From Octopus vulgaris (Eukaryota): 64,000 bases of DNA. The stretch covers positions 111,414,001-111,478,000 of the forward strand of contig OX597815.1 of NCBI GenBank assembly GCA_951406725.2, read 5' to 3'. The position numbers and the translations under genes were made by a program. Shown piece after piece: positions 27,263 to 41,079 of this stretch. Within the stretch, counting starts at the first letter, position 1. Every line of letters begins with the position of its first letter. The notes beneath the pieces were generated by a model. That model ran no database searches, was not told the origin of the DNA, and saw nothing but the letters and a program-made list of their open reading frames with translations.

Positions 27263-27309
27263 CGACGACGACGATAACGTCGATGATGATGAAACGATGA
27301 GGTTGATCA

Positions 27310-27990
27310 TCATCATTGTCATCTCAGAGCGTCCATGTGGATTCAGGACAGAGGGATCAAACACATACATGAACTTCACACTGCGACAGATACATGAGAA
27401 ACCAGCGGATTAACACCACCACTTCTACGTGGTGGTTGTCGGCTTTTCCAAGGCATTCGACACAATGGATCGAGGAGCACTTTGGAATGTGTTAGGGATT
27501 TATGGATAACCGGAGTTACTTCTTAACAACATCAAGCCGTTCCACACAGGAACGGAATTTCTAGTCTCAGTTGTCGCAGAAGTTATTAAAGCGTTTGTTG
27601 TCAACCATGGTGTGCAGTAGGTGTGCATGCTTAGTTCTCTCTTTACTCTCTGCTCTCTTGGCCTCTCAACTGTGCTAGACACCATGAGGATCAATCTACA
27701 GTTTTTATCCCCACAGATAAAAATTCCCAGAACAGATAGAAAACTCTTCAAGTTGGCCTATCTTCATGCCTCCATCAAAATCAGTTGAATGAGCAGCTAC
27801 ACTCGGATGATTCAGCGCTTGTGACCAACAACATTGAGGAGATGCAACATATTGTGGACCAGTTTTCTTGCGAAGCAGAAATGCTTGCTCTCAAGAATCA
27901 ACTCTTCAAAAACTGAACTGTTTTACCAGCTTCCAGTAAGATGTCCTCAGAGATCAAAAGAACCCGAACCAGTGACAGTACTCGGATAGG
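27310..27990 (+). pseudogene. RTE-clade LINE reverse transcriptase fragment
   Basis: SERPCGFR..MNFTLRQIHEK..FSKAFDTMDRGALW..FHTG..HGVQ*VCMLS..KLFKL..LHSDDSAL. Confidence 0.85.
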
Positions 27991-28479
27991 TAACTAGATC
28001 GATAGATAAATAGATATATAGATTCCAAGTGGTCTTAACAATCTCTTTTGCACCGGGTACTAAAACTGAAAGTTACATGAGAACACGGATAAATAATACT
28101 AGCTACTCTTCAGAAATGACAAGTAGGAAAATACATGCCGACTGTTCTCCATTATTGGAGGCGGAAAAATCACGAATGGTTTATTTGTGTGCAAAAAATT
28201 ACAAAACGAGTCGATAGGAAGCGAACTGAGTAAGGCCACTTTGACGTTACCTGCCTCATATACGACGAATGATTCCGTGTTACTGTGGCTGTTAAAGGGA
28301 CACGTTTTGATACACTCGTGCTTTGTCAGACGTCATGCAGCTGATCAGGAAAATCAATTACGATTTTAAAAAGCCTCGCCCTCTGGCGCAGCACCAATGA
28401 GATCATAACACGATTTAAATCCAACGGTGGCTGGAACAGAACAAGGTACTAATTTAATTTCATATAGTACATTTTTACG

Positions 28480-28960
28480 CGTCCCTCTTGAAATAGCTTC
28501 TGCATATAGCACAGGATTTTGCTAGTGCCTATGCTGCTATTAGAAATGAAGAAATACGGATTATCTTGCACACCAGAAGCACCCTAATTCTTAGCAAGTG
28601 GTCGGGCTGGGTGCTTCGGTGAAAGAATGGGCGTATTTGACAATGCTTCTATGTGTTAGTATGTCGGTTTTTACGTCCTAAAGATAAGAAAAACCCCTCT
28701 AAAAACTGCAAATCTACAGAGACAGCACTTTGGCATCATTGCAAGAAGCAAACAGCTATTGTTGTGACCGTGGTGAGACCTCATTTGGTCACAATATAAA
28801 CCAGCATGAGGACAGTAGATTACCTTGATGTGAATTGGAACTTTGAATCCAGTACCTATGGGCCCATTAGCAAGAGGAAAGAGGAGCTGAAATACATTAA
28901 GACAGCTTCCTTTTATTCAAATATATGGTCCAGACACATGGTAAAGGGTTTTAGACGATA
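28480..28960 (+). pseudogene. PLE reverse transcriptase fragment (second lineage, as 59-61.6 kb)
   Basis: EEIRIILHTRSTLI, VDYLDVNWNFESSTYGPISK..LKYI parallels VKFFGVKLSL..FEPFHMPKENLKYV at 60153-60386. Confidence 0.55.
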
Positions 28961-29440
28961 TAATGGTAAAGGGAGTCAGAAGACATTATCCAGATATAAT
29001 GTTCAGGAACATGGTAAAGGAGTCCAAACTATCGTCAAGTAAATACATCTTTGACGCGTTTGGCCCGTACTAAGATATATATTTCTATACATTGGATAAG
29101 TTAGTGGAAAGTAACGTTCTTTAAACTATTCATATATAAATTTTCCATTATCGACATCATTATTATTACCACCATGATAGTCCTCTCTCCATAAGGATAA
29201 TAATGAGTGCAATGCGTAACAATGAATTTTACTGCATTTAAAATTATTCATTTTTGCTTCAAAATATTTGAATTACTTAAAAAAGTGTGTAATTCCATTT
29301 TGGAATGACCCCTTAAATATGAAGTAACATTTAAGAAAGTTAATTTAGCATTTAATATTATGTTTGGAAATGATAAGAATTTTTTATATTAATATTCTGA
29401 ATCTATTGCGTAAATATAACATACAAACTCCACGTTTGTC

Positions 29441-29498
<58 letters not shown>

Positions 29499-30459
29499 TT
29501 ATTTATTTATTTAGTTATTTTTTCCTTTTTGTCAATCTATATGTAAAGCTTCACTGTTTTCTATATATTTGCAAAGCTTATTTTCTTATACATTTGCCTT
29601 TGACAAAATTTTAAATGCGACTTAAATTTCTTTACATCAAACTTAATTTAATACAAAAAAAAACAACATTTCTAGATAGCTTATAAATATTTCCAATATG
29701 AATATAAATTGAACGGTGTTCATATTTAAGAAACGCAAATAACATGAGATGTTTCATATCTATCATGCATCTTTGCTTTAATTATTGCATATCATATGAA
29801 TATAATACATTAATCATTTCCACAACAAAATCCAGTTACCTCATAGACGTTTAGTTCGGAGTACAAAGCCTACCAGTGTCCTTATTGTATTTCATCCATC
29901 ACTGTATATTGTTACGGTTATTATCGCCAATGTGCACTGAAACCCCTCTGTAGGGTTTAGTCAACAGCATAAATAATTCTTATTGTAAATTATCGTTAAT
30001 TCTTCCCTGATCTAAGCAAACCTATTCCTAAATGCTGTTCAAATCATAAACAACCCAATATTGTCAGATAGGTTGTACCATTGCACATTCTCATCCATAG
30101 CATTCTACAATAATCATATGTTGGATATTATGATCAGCATTCCAGTTTTGCGATCAACTGGGCTGCTTACTTCTAGAATTAGTGTGGGTGGTTGAGCATC
30201 TTATTGACATGGTGTTAAACATGATCAATGATTGCACGTGGCTAATACAATATCTGAGATATTTTGCTGGCAGTAGGTCAAGCGTTTTCATACAAATGTA
30301 TACTGTTACCTAGTTCTACAATTCTGAGATTCATAATTGGGAAAAAACGTTTAATTTGAACAATCATCGATTCGAACTGGCCGGTTTATTGTTATATCGC
30401 ATTCCAGATGGATTTTGCTCTATTGGTTGTTTATCAGTTCCTCTTCAATAGATACATAC

Positions 30460-30619
<160 letters not shown>

Positions 30620-30805
30620 AGGTTTTTCAGCTGCCCAGATAACCGAAGAGATGGTGTTGTGGATTTCCACCTCGGCATCCGAAACCCATAGTTTTATCTT
30701 GGCTATTGAATAACTATCACATATTTTTTTACAGATAAATTTCCTTTAGTTACATAATATTGAGGTCTCTTTCTTTCTTTTGTTATCTTACCGTTTTTAC
30801 CAATA
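30620..30805 (+). mobile_element. PLE-type tail with a hammerhead-like motif, between microsatellites
   Basis: AGATAA-CCGAAGA-GATG..CATCC-GAAA-C..G-TT-TTATCT; 3' part similar to 32430-32492. Confidence 0.65.
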
Positions 30806-30837
30806 TATATATAAATATATATGTATATATATATATA

Positions 30838-31010
30838 GGGAGAGTTTACGAAAAAAACAAAAGACGAAGACAGGTGGTGTACAAAACAAACAGATGTATT
30901 AGTATAACGCTCAGGAATAGAAAAATCTTTTACGTTTCGAGCCTACGCTCTTCTACAGAAGGGGACATAGAAAAAAACAAGGAGAATCAAAATGAGTGTG
31001 AAAAATTGGA
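30838..31010 (-). mobile_element. PLE-type tail with a hammerhead-like motif
   Basis: Minus strand CTGTAGA-A-GAGCgtagGCTC-GAAA-CGT..CCTGAGCGTT; same layout as 7035-7094. Confidence 0.65.
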
Positions 31011-31959
31011 TATTAATTTGATAACATCAACTTAACACCAGTGGTCTAGCATATAAAAAAATGAGATTCAGTAAATAGTATTTCATACATAAATATAAGA
31101 GAGAATTTTTTAACCACTATGTGGAAACCCTTGTGTTAGAAGAAGATCCGCTATGGTCTCAATCACTAAGAATTGTTCTCCAGAAAATTTAGCACACCAG
31201 AAACGTATGCGAGTAAGACAAATGAAAAATAACAAAAATATAGATTAACCAGATTAACCAGATTAACCAGTCTTTCACTATCAATAAATTACGTAACTTT
31301 ACTTACACAATTTATCTGTAGATCTCTCCGTTATTGAATACTCTGACGTACTTGAGGCCCTGATACCCTGAGTTTTCAATGTCACATACAATATATAATA
31401 ATCTATCAAATATGATTCGTTTCACAGCGGAGTGGAGTTTTCGCTTTCTCAGATTATTCATTAACAATGAAGCTGTACTGAAGATCTAATGAATGAGGGC
31501 TAGAAAAATTCCAATTCATCGTAATCCAAATGTACAAAAACTTTTATTTAGAGGCTTCAGCCTATTGTTCTCATACAAACGTTATACATCCTGTTATCTA
31601 TTAAGAACTCCGGTCATTAGATACTGACAATCGATCTAACCTAAATTGTAATAACAGAAATACGCGGTCGATTTATCATTAGTCAGTAGTTTATACTTTG
31701 CTTTTGCTTAGAAAAGACAAATTTTAATGAGTAGAATGTATCAACATCACCGTTCGCAAGAGCTTTGGATCTCTACATTTTTATTACAACTCTGGAAAAT
31801 GTTATACATGCATGCATAGAAGGGACATATTAGTTCAAACAATGAAAGCGATAAATTATGAGCCAAGTAGCACTTACACTATTCCTTTTTATGAAATGTC
31901 AGCTGTCAATAATTAATTTCTCAAGAGTAATTTTCATTCACGTAGTTTGAGTTGGTTTT

Positions 31960-32251
31960 AAAAATGTAGGAAGAAGTGGAGATAATAAAGTAGTGGTGAT
32001 CCCAAAATAAAGGTGCGTGTGCGTGGTGTGTATGTGAGAGTGTGTAAGTGTGTAAGAGAGAAGATGAATTCTGTTCTCAGTGAAGGCGTCAGTCGATATG
32101 GCCCCTGTACAAAGACAAGCCGAACACAGACATGTGCTGTAATAATTGACATGTAAAGCGAAAATGGCGCGGGGTAAAATAGCCGAGTCTAATGTTTCGG
32201 AGGTGCTCTGCGAACCGGTTAGCCAAGCGGCATCCCCCTTAACCGATGTAC

Positions 32252-32252
<1 letters not shown>
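31960..32252 (-). pseudogene. PLE GIY-YIG endonuclease fragment
   Basis: LYIG*GGCRLANRFAEHLRNI..HF..HMSVFGL..R..EQ (YIGET.R.L..RF.EH motif). Confidence 0.75.
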
Positions 32253-32287
<35 letters not shown>

Positions 32288-32288
32288 C

Positions 32289-32432
32289 TACATAAATATA
32301 AGATAATCAGTTAGTTATCATAAAATACCCTGATTTTCAGATGCCCGAGCTAAAAGTTATTACGTATCCTTATCAGTTAATCTGAAACTCTGAGTATTAT
32401 ATGACAACTAACTGATTGTCCTATATTATGTA
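32289..32432. repeat. Fold-back inverted repeat (~54-bp arms)
   Basis: AGATAATCAGTTAGTTATCATAAAATACCC..TTTCAGAT versus ATCTGAAA..GAGTATTATATGACAACTAACTGATTGTCCT. Confidence 0.85.
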
Positions 32433-32492
32433 TTTACAAATAAATTCCTCTATTTACAAAATATCGAGGTCTCATTCATTCTTTTGTTGTCA

Positions 32493-32930
<438 letters not shown>

Positions 32931-32977
32931 GAGAGGAAGAACTGGTCTATATTTCTGACATTTTTTCTTGTATGTAG

Positions 32978-33019
<42 letters not shown>

Positions 33020-34809
33020 TTGTGTGTATGTATATGTATGTATATATACATATATGCATGTATATTGTGTCTTTGTGTCTGTGTTTGTCCCTCATCACCG
33101 GTCCGTATCTAGCGGTTCGGCAAAGGAGACCGATAGAATAAGTTGAAAGGGGAGAAATATTTGCAGAACTTTAAGTAATATTGTAACTACGGATGTAGAA
33201 TATTTCTGTTTAAATGAAAAATCAAACGAAGTAATAATTTATCTTTTTCTACTGGAGTGGGTCTCGATGCTTTTAAACGTATTTATTCGAAGGAAATAAG
33301 AGTTTATATTATTGTGAAAACAATCTGTGTTTTTCTATAGAGTTCATAGATTCGAGTGAAAGATACTTGGGACTCTGAAAATTGAGCTTGGGACTCTGAC
33401 AAATTGAGCTAAAATGCAAATTTGTAAAATGATTTCCTTGAAAAAGTTTAAATTTCTGTTGTAAATTTGCTATATTAATTAGAATAGTAGCACTTTTGCA
33501 GGGATTTGTTGGATAAAATATTCATAATTTAAATATTTAAGCGTAGCTAATCTTATAATATACGGGACGTCAGCCGAAGTAGTTGATATTCTGCTGTCAG
33601 CGTAAAACTTATTCGGGTGTATTTTTATCCATTTCCTAACATCTTCTATAACAGTAATTTTGCATGCAGTATTAAGGGAGAAATCCTGAAATAAATCATG
33701 TCCGTCACTCGGAAGGGTATCGCAAATTGAAGCTTAGTAATCTGCCTGAAAGTGTTATTGGTTATTTTTACAATTATCCACTTCAATTTGGTATTGCAAC
33801 CACGTAATCATAAGATCGGGATTAATGCGAAGATAACTTTCAACATTATATTAACCTGAACACAATTATTAATAATTGCTGGCTATGAATAAATCTAGTG
33901 GTGATATTACATGCAACAGCTTTCTTAACATCGTTGCATGTGAAATATGTTTCATGTAAAGCTAAATATTCTACTCTTTCATGTATATCCAATTCGGCAT
34001 ATTTTGATCTGATCTAGTTTTGACTTTATTCAATCATATAAATGTTGATTTCACGTAAGTATAATGGCAGGTGTTGTGATGAATGCAGAATGGTGAATTT
34101 CATTTAGATTTCCATCTCTTCATGTAGAAATATATATGCCATATTGAAACTACGTAAATTTTATTTCACTCAGCCCTAATCGACTGGCATCAACCTGCAG
34201 GTAAATAAAATGTTGTCATAGATTTCAGAAAGTGATTACATACTTGTAATTCATGACTTCATGATGCTGAAAAACCTGTAGGTTATTCAGTCCTCTATAG
34301 CTTTCTTTGAAAAGCTTACACATTAATGTCGTTTGGTGACAGGGATGATGTTGAAGTAGTTTATAAGAGGCTACTTGCAAATCTCTCCGAAAGCTGCTAA
34401 AACGTCACCAGTTATCATACAAGTATAGTCAAGACACATCGAACATACCACCGTGAAACCTCCAATAATTCTGAAAGTTTTTACTCGAATAATAGTGCAC
34501 AGCACTATCATCAGAAATTATAAGGCGTATGCTATTTCATGTAGATGATTATTAGGAACAGAAGTCTGTGATACTCATAGTGAAATTGGATGACACTAAT
34601 AAGCAAGGTTCTTGTTACTGCAAAATTAATTTATTCTGCCCAGAAATGAACGATTTCTTCACTCGAGGATCTAATTATTTAAAAAGGGAATGCCGGGTAC
34701 AATTATTAGTAACAAGGGTAAATTAATAATTAAATTATGTAAATTTTATACCACGATCACCATTCGTTAGCTAGTGGATGAATTAATAGTAGCTGACTAC
34801 AGTACGGAG

Positions 34810-36959
34810 GCTGAATCTCTGCAATGTATAGGGCACCATATGTAAAGTACCTAAATCATTGTAACCGTGATCACTCCAAACAGTTGTTTTCTAAACTAAA
34901 TAACAAGCACAGTCAGCAGAATAACGTGTTTAGTTTAGCAATTCCAGTTAACGATTCTTCCTTTCATATAGAACAATCTGAAATTGTCGAATATATTTCT
35001 TGTTGGAACTTCGCAAATTAGGTAATTTCGGTGTTGGACAGCCATCCTTTATAGTTAATTGTTTCGTTTCAAATTCTTTTATTTCAAAAACTATTTTTCA
35101 AAATTCTTCTATAAGGCATATTTCAGTCATTTGGGCTAATATTTCGAAAGTTAAAAATATCTTATAAAAGAATTATGCGAACGTGTGTGCGTTTGAATTA
35201 AAAGCCAATTTGAATAAAATAGAAAATAATTATAATAAATCAACGAGACAACTATAGATCCTGGTCAAAAGGAAGAAATTCTAATTTACCTGCGGCAGAA
35301 AATAAAAAAAAAGGTTATGTTGTTTTTCTTGGATTGATGAGGCGTGGCTGGTGGCAGCCATCCTCTTCAATACGGAGGAAGAAACAAGAATTCCCAAGGT
35401 TACAAGAACAACGAAGGTAAACTGATGGGGAAACGGCTTCGAGGTGATGGTCCAAATCAGTTTACAGGATTTGCATAAAATCACAGAAGCGACTGTATTG
35501 CCTGAGGATTTAAAACTGAGAGTGATAGTGGAAGGAATACCTACCATCAGCTACGACTGCGGAGTACGGGGACACATAAAAGCAAGGTGTCCCTAGAAAC
35601 ACGAAGAGGAAGTAGAGCAAAAGCAGCAGGAAGAGGAAAAAGAACAAAGGGGCACAAATGCAAGTAGGCGGAAAGAATACAGAAAATGTGGGAGAAAAGT
35701 ATACAGTAGAAAAAAGAAAGAAGAAAACGTGAATTCACCACCCAAGAGTCCGCTGAAAAAAGGAAGTAAAACATAGAGGAGACTCAGTGGGTAAGACCAG
35801 CCATACCAAAGGGAATTATTACGGATGAGAAAATAAATGTGCAGAAAAGAAAGGAAGATGGAAGATAGATACCAACAACAACGAGTAAGAGAGATACAGA
35901 GAAGAATGAGACACCGAGAATGAGAACAACAGGGGAGACTAATTATGGAAAGCGGGAAGAGATACCAAAAGGATAACACATAAATTATTTAAAAATTGTG
36001 GAGATCGAGAAAAGAATTTCAAAAATGAAACATGTAATTAGTTAAGTTATCGGAGAGTGAGTGTAGCGAGGGCTATAAGGCAGTTTTTCTTGAGAGAGAG
36101 AGAGAGAGAGAGAGAGGGTGGGGTGAAGGAGGCATTTGGAGAGAAAATCGAAATATCGCCGATACAGGTTCTGTACGATGAGTGGTCACCAGTGGTGGCA
36201 TTTAAGGACTTAATAGAATACATAATGTAAAGCAAGATGTTTAAAATTTTAAATAGTGACTTTTGAAAAACGATGTAAAAAGTGAACAATGAACTGTATG
36301 TTAAATGTTATAAGTGAACAGTTAAATGACACTACCTGCGAGTGGGGAGCAGGTAAAACATTGCATTTTTCATTTTCTCATTTTCTCATTATAATTCATT
36401 ATTTCATTCGTTATATGTTTTATGTAATCCACTGAGTTTTGTTGTCTGTCCATGTATCACCCACTCTTTGTAAGAGCCTGTGAGCTCAAATAAAGAAACT
36501 ACTAACGACCAGGGACATTGACGTGAAAACAATTTGATTTATATAATTTATAGATTTCAAGACAAAATGTTTGAATTTAAGCTTAGCAATTTCTACCAAC
36601 CTCTGAACAGAAGTAACTAGAAATATTGTGACACTGTATTCAGGTTTTTCTCAAACTTCTCTTCTTCATTTTGATGAACATTTAAATATTTATAATGTTT
36701 TAATAATTTAAATGCCTAACCACTTTTCTTTATAAAATTTCTGCAGTTTTAATAAATGTTTCTTCGCGATCTATTGGAATTTGTGCCTGACACTATACCA
36801 CTTCAAATCTAACTTCAGGTAACTTTCACAGATCGATTTTAGACACTATTTTCTGAACCTGGCAAAAGTATGTAGGGGGTGCAAATTTCGATATTGTACT
36901 CGCTAAAAATTCTACGCGGTGCAAGTGCACGCCATGCACCTCCTGTTCCCTGATCCTTG
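34810..36959 (-). mobile_element. 5' part of a decayed hAT transposon (ZMYM1/TTF zinc-finger type), interrupted by a retroelement
   Basis: Terminus-like CAAGGATCAGGGAACAGGAGGTGCATGGCGTGCACTTGCACC from 36959; ATG at 35130: MTEICLIEE..KDGCPTPKLPNL..YIRQF..LTG..LNTLFC*LCLLFS..VWSDHGYNDL. Confidence 0.6.
35290..36505 (+). mobile_element. L1/Tx1-like ORF1-only retroelement remnant
   Basis: LRVIVEGIPTISYDCGVRGHIKARCP (CX2CX4HX4C knuckle, first C changed to S) at ~35516-35593, then a K/E/R-rich region and a 3' end CTTTGTAAGAGCCTGTGAGCTCAAATAAAGAAACTACT; no RT/EN motifs seen. Confidence 0.6.
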
Positions 36960-37139
36960 ATAATGCCTCCATTTTGCTTGGGCAAACTACACAGACATTA
37001 ATATAAACATGGACGTCTTGTGCTCAGACAACTTTCACCGTATCTCTGTATTTCCTATTGCATCCCACCTGAACTGAGACAGAAATAAGATGTGCCTGTG
37101 AAGGTGGATGCTTTGGTAAAGTCATCATGTCGAGCACAC

Positions 37140-38700
37140 ACTAAATTTGGTCGGCACCCTTTTCAAAAAGCACCGAGACAGTAGTAGCGTTTGCATTAAG
37201 AAGGGATCGAGGAGATTCCAAATTGAAAACCTTTAAAACAAATCCATGCAGAACATTGGCATCTCTAGTTAGAATTATGCATAGTTTTATATGCTTCTTT
37301 TTAAATCTGCACCAGACAACCAAACGGAGAAATAGACAGAACCCCACGCTCATTAACAGGCTGTGCGAAATAGCTATTGCTTTTATTTCTAAGTTGATAC
37401 TCTGAATTCTGTCAACACGCTTTTTTCCAGAAACCATTTAATTAGATTTGAGAATATTCTCTTTCGATTTTTATGATAGAGAGACGACCTTCACGTCAAG
37501 GATCCCATATGCATCAAACATGTAATTCATAAGGTCTAATAGACTATAGCTGATAGACACGTGCTTCGGGTGTCGTCGATTAACATGTATATCAGACTAG
37601 GTTCAACAAGGTTTTGTAAACATACATCCCGGAACAATTTGTAGTCATGTGTCAGGTACAAATTGAAGTTGGTCATTCATATTGGCATTTTAAATATGGA
37701 CTGTGTAACTGGCAAAAAATTTATACCCTGCAGTCTAGTTGCTTGATCGTGTTTGCGAGTGATGATGACCGGAGAATGATTTGACTCAGCGTATACAGTT
37801 TGTGTACTTTTTTTTACATAGAAGATATTTAGATTGGAAATTACGGATGATTTTAAAAGCGCAAGGTGCCTAGACATACTTGTTAGATACAATGTATATT
37901 GGGGATAGCTTGCACGGATAATAACGTTTGGAATCGAAGTTTTGTGAAATGTGCGAAAATGAAGAAAACTTGCGTGTAACACACTATTCGTGTGCGTTTG
38001 TTACAGATTTGCGACACTATTTTGAACTTACGAACCATATCGGCTTATCAACCGATAATATCATGAAGACCGAATCGCTGCTTTCTTTTGTCAACGATGA
38101 GTGATTAGATATAAAGTGTGTTGTAGCTATTGAAAAGGTAGTTGTACAGGAGACCCGAATGACAAGCTTGGGGACAGATGTTAAACACTCTGACATTGCT
38201 TCCGTTATAATCTTCAACTATTACTTGTTAGAGAATGAGTTGCTGCCATTTAGTAAACTTGCCAAAGCTGGATGAAATATATTGAGTTCGTCTTTACTAC
38301 GTTACCAAAGATAAAGAATCAGCAGAGTTGCAGCTGTGTGGAAAGAATACTTTAATTTACTGTGTGGTAAAATGGAGGAATTGATTGTGACGAAAACTAC
38401 TGCCAGGCTGTATTGGCTCTGAAGCATCATATTTTTCATTTCGACACCATTGACGTAGAGATTGTAGAGTTACATGCACGAGGTATGGTCAATCGTCACA
38501 AAAACCATCATAGATAGGTGCGTCAATAAGAGGGGAAAAACAACTGGAGACGAGATTCGTATTTAGTATATTTAGAGTATCTGTGTGACGCGGGGTTATG
38601 TGCATGTTTTCGGAATAATCGTGTATTTTCCCCTCTAGTATTTTGGAACCCCTTTCCCAAACTTACCCTGTCTTCAGAGAACATGATATTTATGAAATAA
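37140..38700 (-). pseudogene. Possible highly decayed MULE-type transposase
   Basis: Weak remnants FPHSCNSADSLSL and IITEAM..VPK..HFISNHS..AAI resembling HNH..ADAL and F.TDDS.AE..AI. Confidence 0.25.
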
Positions 38701-39029
38701 GGTTTTGAAATTATTTTTAAGGTTATAGCTGATTTTACGGTTTCGCCGGATGCCAAAATTTAAATTAATGTTAGGTTTTTTTCTCCTATGGTTTGTCCAA
38801 TGTATTTCTCCCGTCGCTTGGTGTGTGTGTCCAATGGCATCGGCATCATCATATTTCTTTTTATTGTTTTTCTTTTATGAAAATTCTCAGCTTATTTTGC
38901 TGGGTATGATGGAAAAGTTCAGATGTCCGCAGGCATCATGCTAAGTTGACATGTGTTTACTGCTTATGCTTCAAGAAAACTATGAAGAATTCTTGCTGTT
39001 CCAGTGTACGCCGACAGTGGGAACGTACT

Positions 39030-40330
39030 AGAGAATTTTTAGCACCTAACTCTTCTACACACAGAATTTAAGATTTTGGCCAAGGTGTTAGTAAAAAGGC
39101 TGGCGCTTGTTTTCGGTTACCTGTTGGAGAAGTTAAAACGTGCGCAATCCCGAGCAGGTCTACCAACAACCTCCACCGTATGCAATACATCATACAGTTG
39201 GCTGCAACCAAAGTTAGCTTCGGGGTTGCTCTGATCAATAAGGACCAATCGAAAGCATATGATAGAGTCGATCATCGCTACTTGGAAGCTGTTCTGAAAG
39301 CAGGTGGTTCCGGACCCGTTTTTAAAAGCTGGATCGCTGCAATGAATAGCGGCACCTGTTCAGTGGTCAAAGTAAACGGCCACCTATCGGAGCCGTTTGG
39401 CATCACACGATCGGTCCATCAGGAATACCCACTGTCGCTTCGTCTGTAAGTATTGGTACACGAGGCAATGCTGCGAAAGCTGGAACAGATAAGGAGCATC
39501 CCTTTCGAACTGGACAAGAAAGGTCAGTGTCGGCATACTCGGGTGACGTCATCGTTATGGCGTCAGACGCCTCCGAAGTGGAGATAGTCGAACACAATCC
39601 TAAAAGAATATGAGTTGGCTGCAGGGGCGAAAATCAACGCCGACAAATCGGCGGGTTTGCGGTTGGGCTGCTGGAGAGGCACGACGATGCCATCGGACGG
39701 CGTCGTCGGACACTGGACTGACGGACCAGTTAAACTGCTCGGACTCCTGTTTGGTGCCGACCTCCATGTTGATAAGAACTGGAACGAGGTGGAGAACAGA
39801 GTTGCCAGACTTACCCAGAGAGAAAGCTGTCCAGGTTGGACAGAGGTGGTGAATGCTTACATCGCCTCCGTTATCATTTATCGCCTGACCGTTGGTCCTT
39901 GTCTTGGTTACTGCTTGACCGATTTGGAACGTCTCTTATTTAAATTCTTATGGAGAAGACGCGTTGCAATGGTCAGGTGATCAGTCTGTTGCCAACATCC
40001 TCTGAGTATCTCATTAGGTGGCCCCTAATGCGCGGACACACTCTTAGGTTACGCTACCTGCAACGATTTCTGGACGGTGAGTATGTGGGGCTTCCTTTTG
40101 TGAGGCTTGTCTTTCGGCAACCCTTCTCCTTGACGGTTACAGTCCTGGATGAAGAACAGACGAAGTCTAGGCGCCTGGCACCAAGAATGTCCTCAGACGC
40201 TCACAGCCTCCTATCAGTCAGACATTTGGATCGATGGATGTTCGGCTTTAGAAAGTTATTTATAGAGGATTAGTGGCGGGAAAGTTCGAAAAATCTCTAG
40301 GGAAAAACTGTAGCTTGGACGAGAACGAAC
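39030..40330 (+). pseudogene. L1/Tx1-clade LINE reverse transcriptase fragment
   Basis: FKILAKVL..CAIPSRS..DQSKAYDRVDHRYL..VKVNGHLSEPF..SVHQEYPLS..SAYSGDV..GAKINADKS..VKLLG. Confidence 0.9.
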
Positions 40331-40334
40331 TGGA

Positions 40335-40441
40335 GCTTAGCTGTTTCGCTCATAAACACACACATCACCAGGTCTGAGATTCGAACCCACGATCCCTCGC
40401 CCGCGAGTCCGCTGCTCTAACCACTAGGCCATGTGCCCCCA

Positions 40442-40442
<1 letters not shown>
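40335..40442 (-). mobile_element. tRNA-derived SINE head (truncated)
   Basis: Minus strand A box TGGCCTAGTGG and B box GGTTCGAATC; no acceptor-stem closure; continues into non-tRNA sequence. Confidence 0.8.
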
Positions 40443-40496
<54 letters not shown>

Positions 40497-41079
40497 GTTG
40501 TTGTTGTTGTTGCTGTTGTTGTTGTTGTTATTATTATTAAGTGAATATAACGGTGTCATTAAGATTCTTGGTAGTTTGATTTGGACTTCGTTTTTCCACG
40601 TATTTTGAATACGAACATATTTCTTTTTTGTCCTTTGTCTGACAATAAAAGTTTATTCAATTAATTCTCAATTTGTTTTGAAAACAAAATGATATTTTAT
40701 CGAACTTTTCACTTTATCTTGCGTTCACTTATAGTCGCTGGGAGTAATAATTATACAAATCATCAAATTAATATTTTACATGCTTTACTATTTTACAATG
40801 CAAATAAATTTTGTAAAAGTTTAACGCTTAAATTATATTTATTTGAATATTTAATGCCAGCTTTATAATGATATTAAGTGATCTGAGTAACGCCTCCAAA
40901 AGAGAAAAATAAACCAAAGAGTAAGAAGAATTTAATGAAAACAAAAATAAACAAGTATAATTAAGTTTGATTTAGAGTCACACATACCTGTTCAGAAAGG
41001 GAAAACTCTAATTTGATTTTCAGGATAGTGACAGTTACAAGAACAAAAGCATCAGCAATAATATTGAAACCTATATACA

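Noticed and set aside
29285-29315. Solo transposon-like terminus GGAATGACCCCTTAA
   Set aside because: No partner end was found
40365-40442. tRNA gene
   Set aside because: A and B boxes are present but the acceptor and anticodon stems do not close; it is a SINE head
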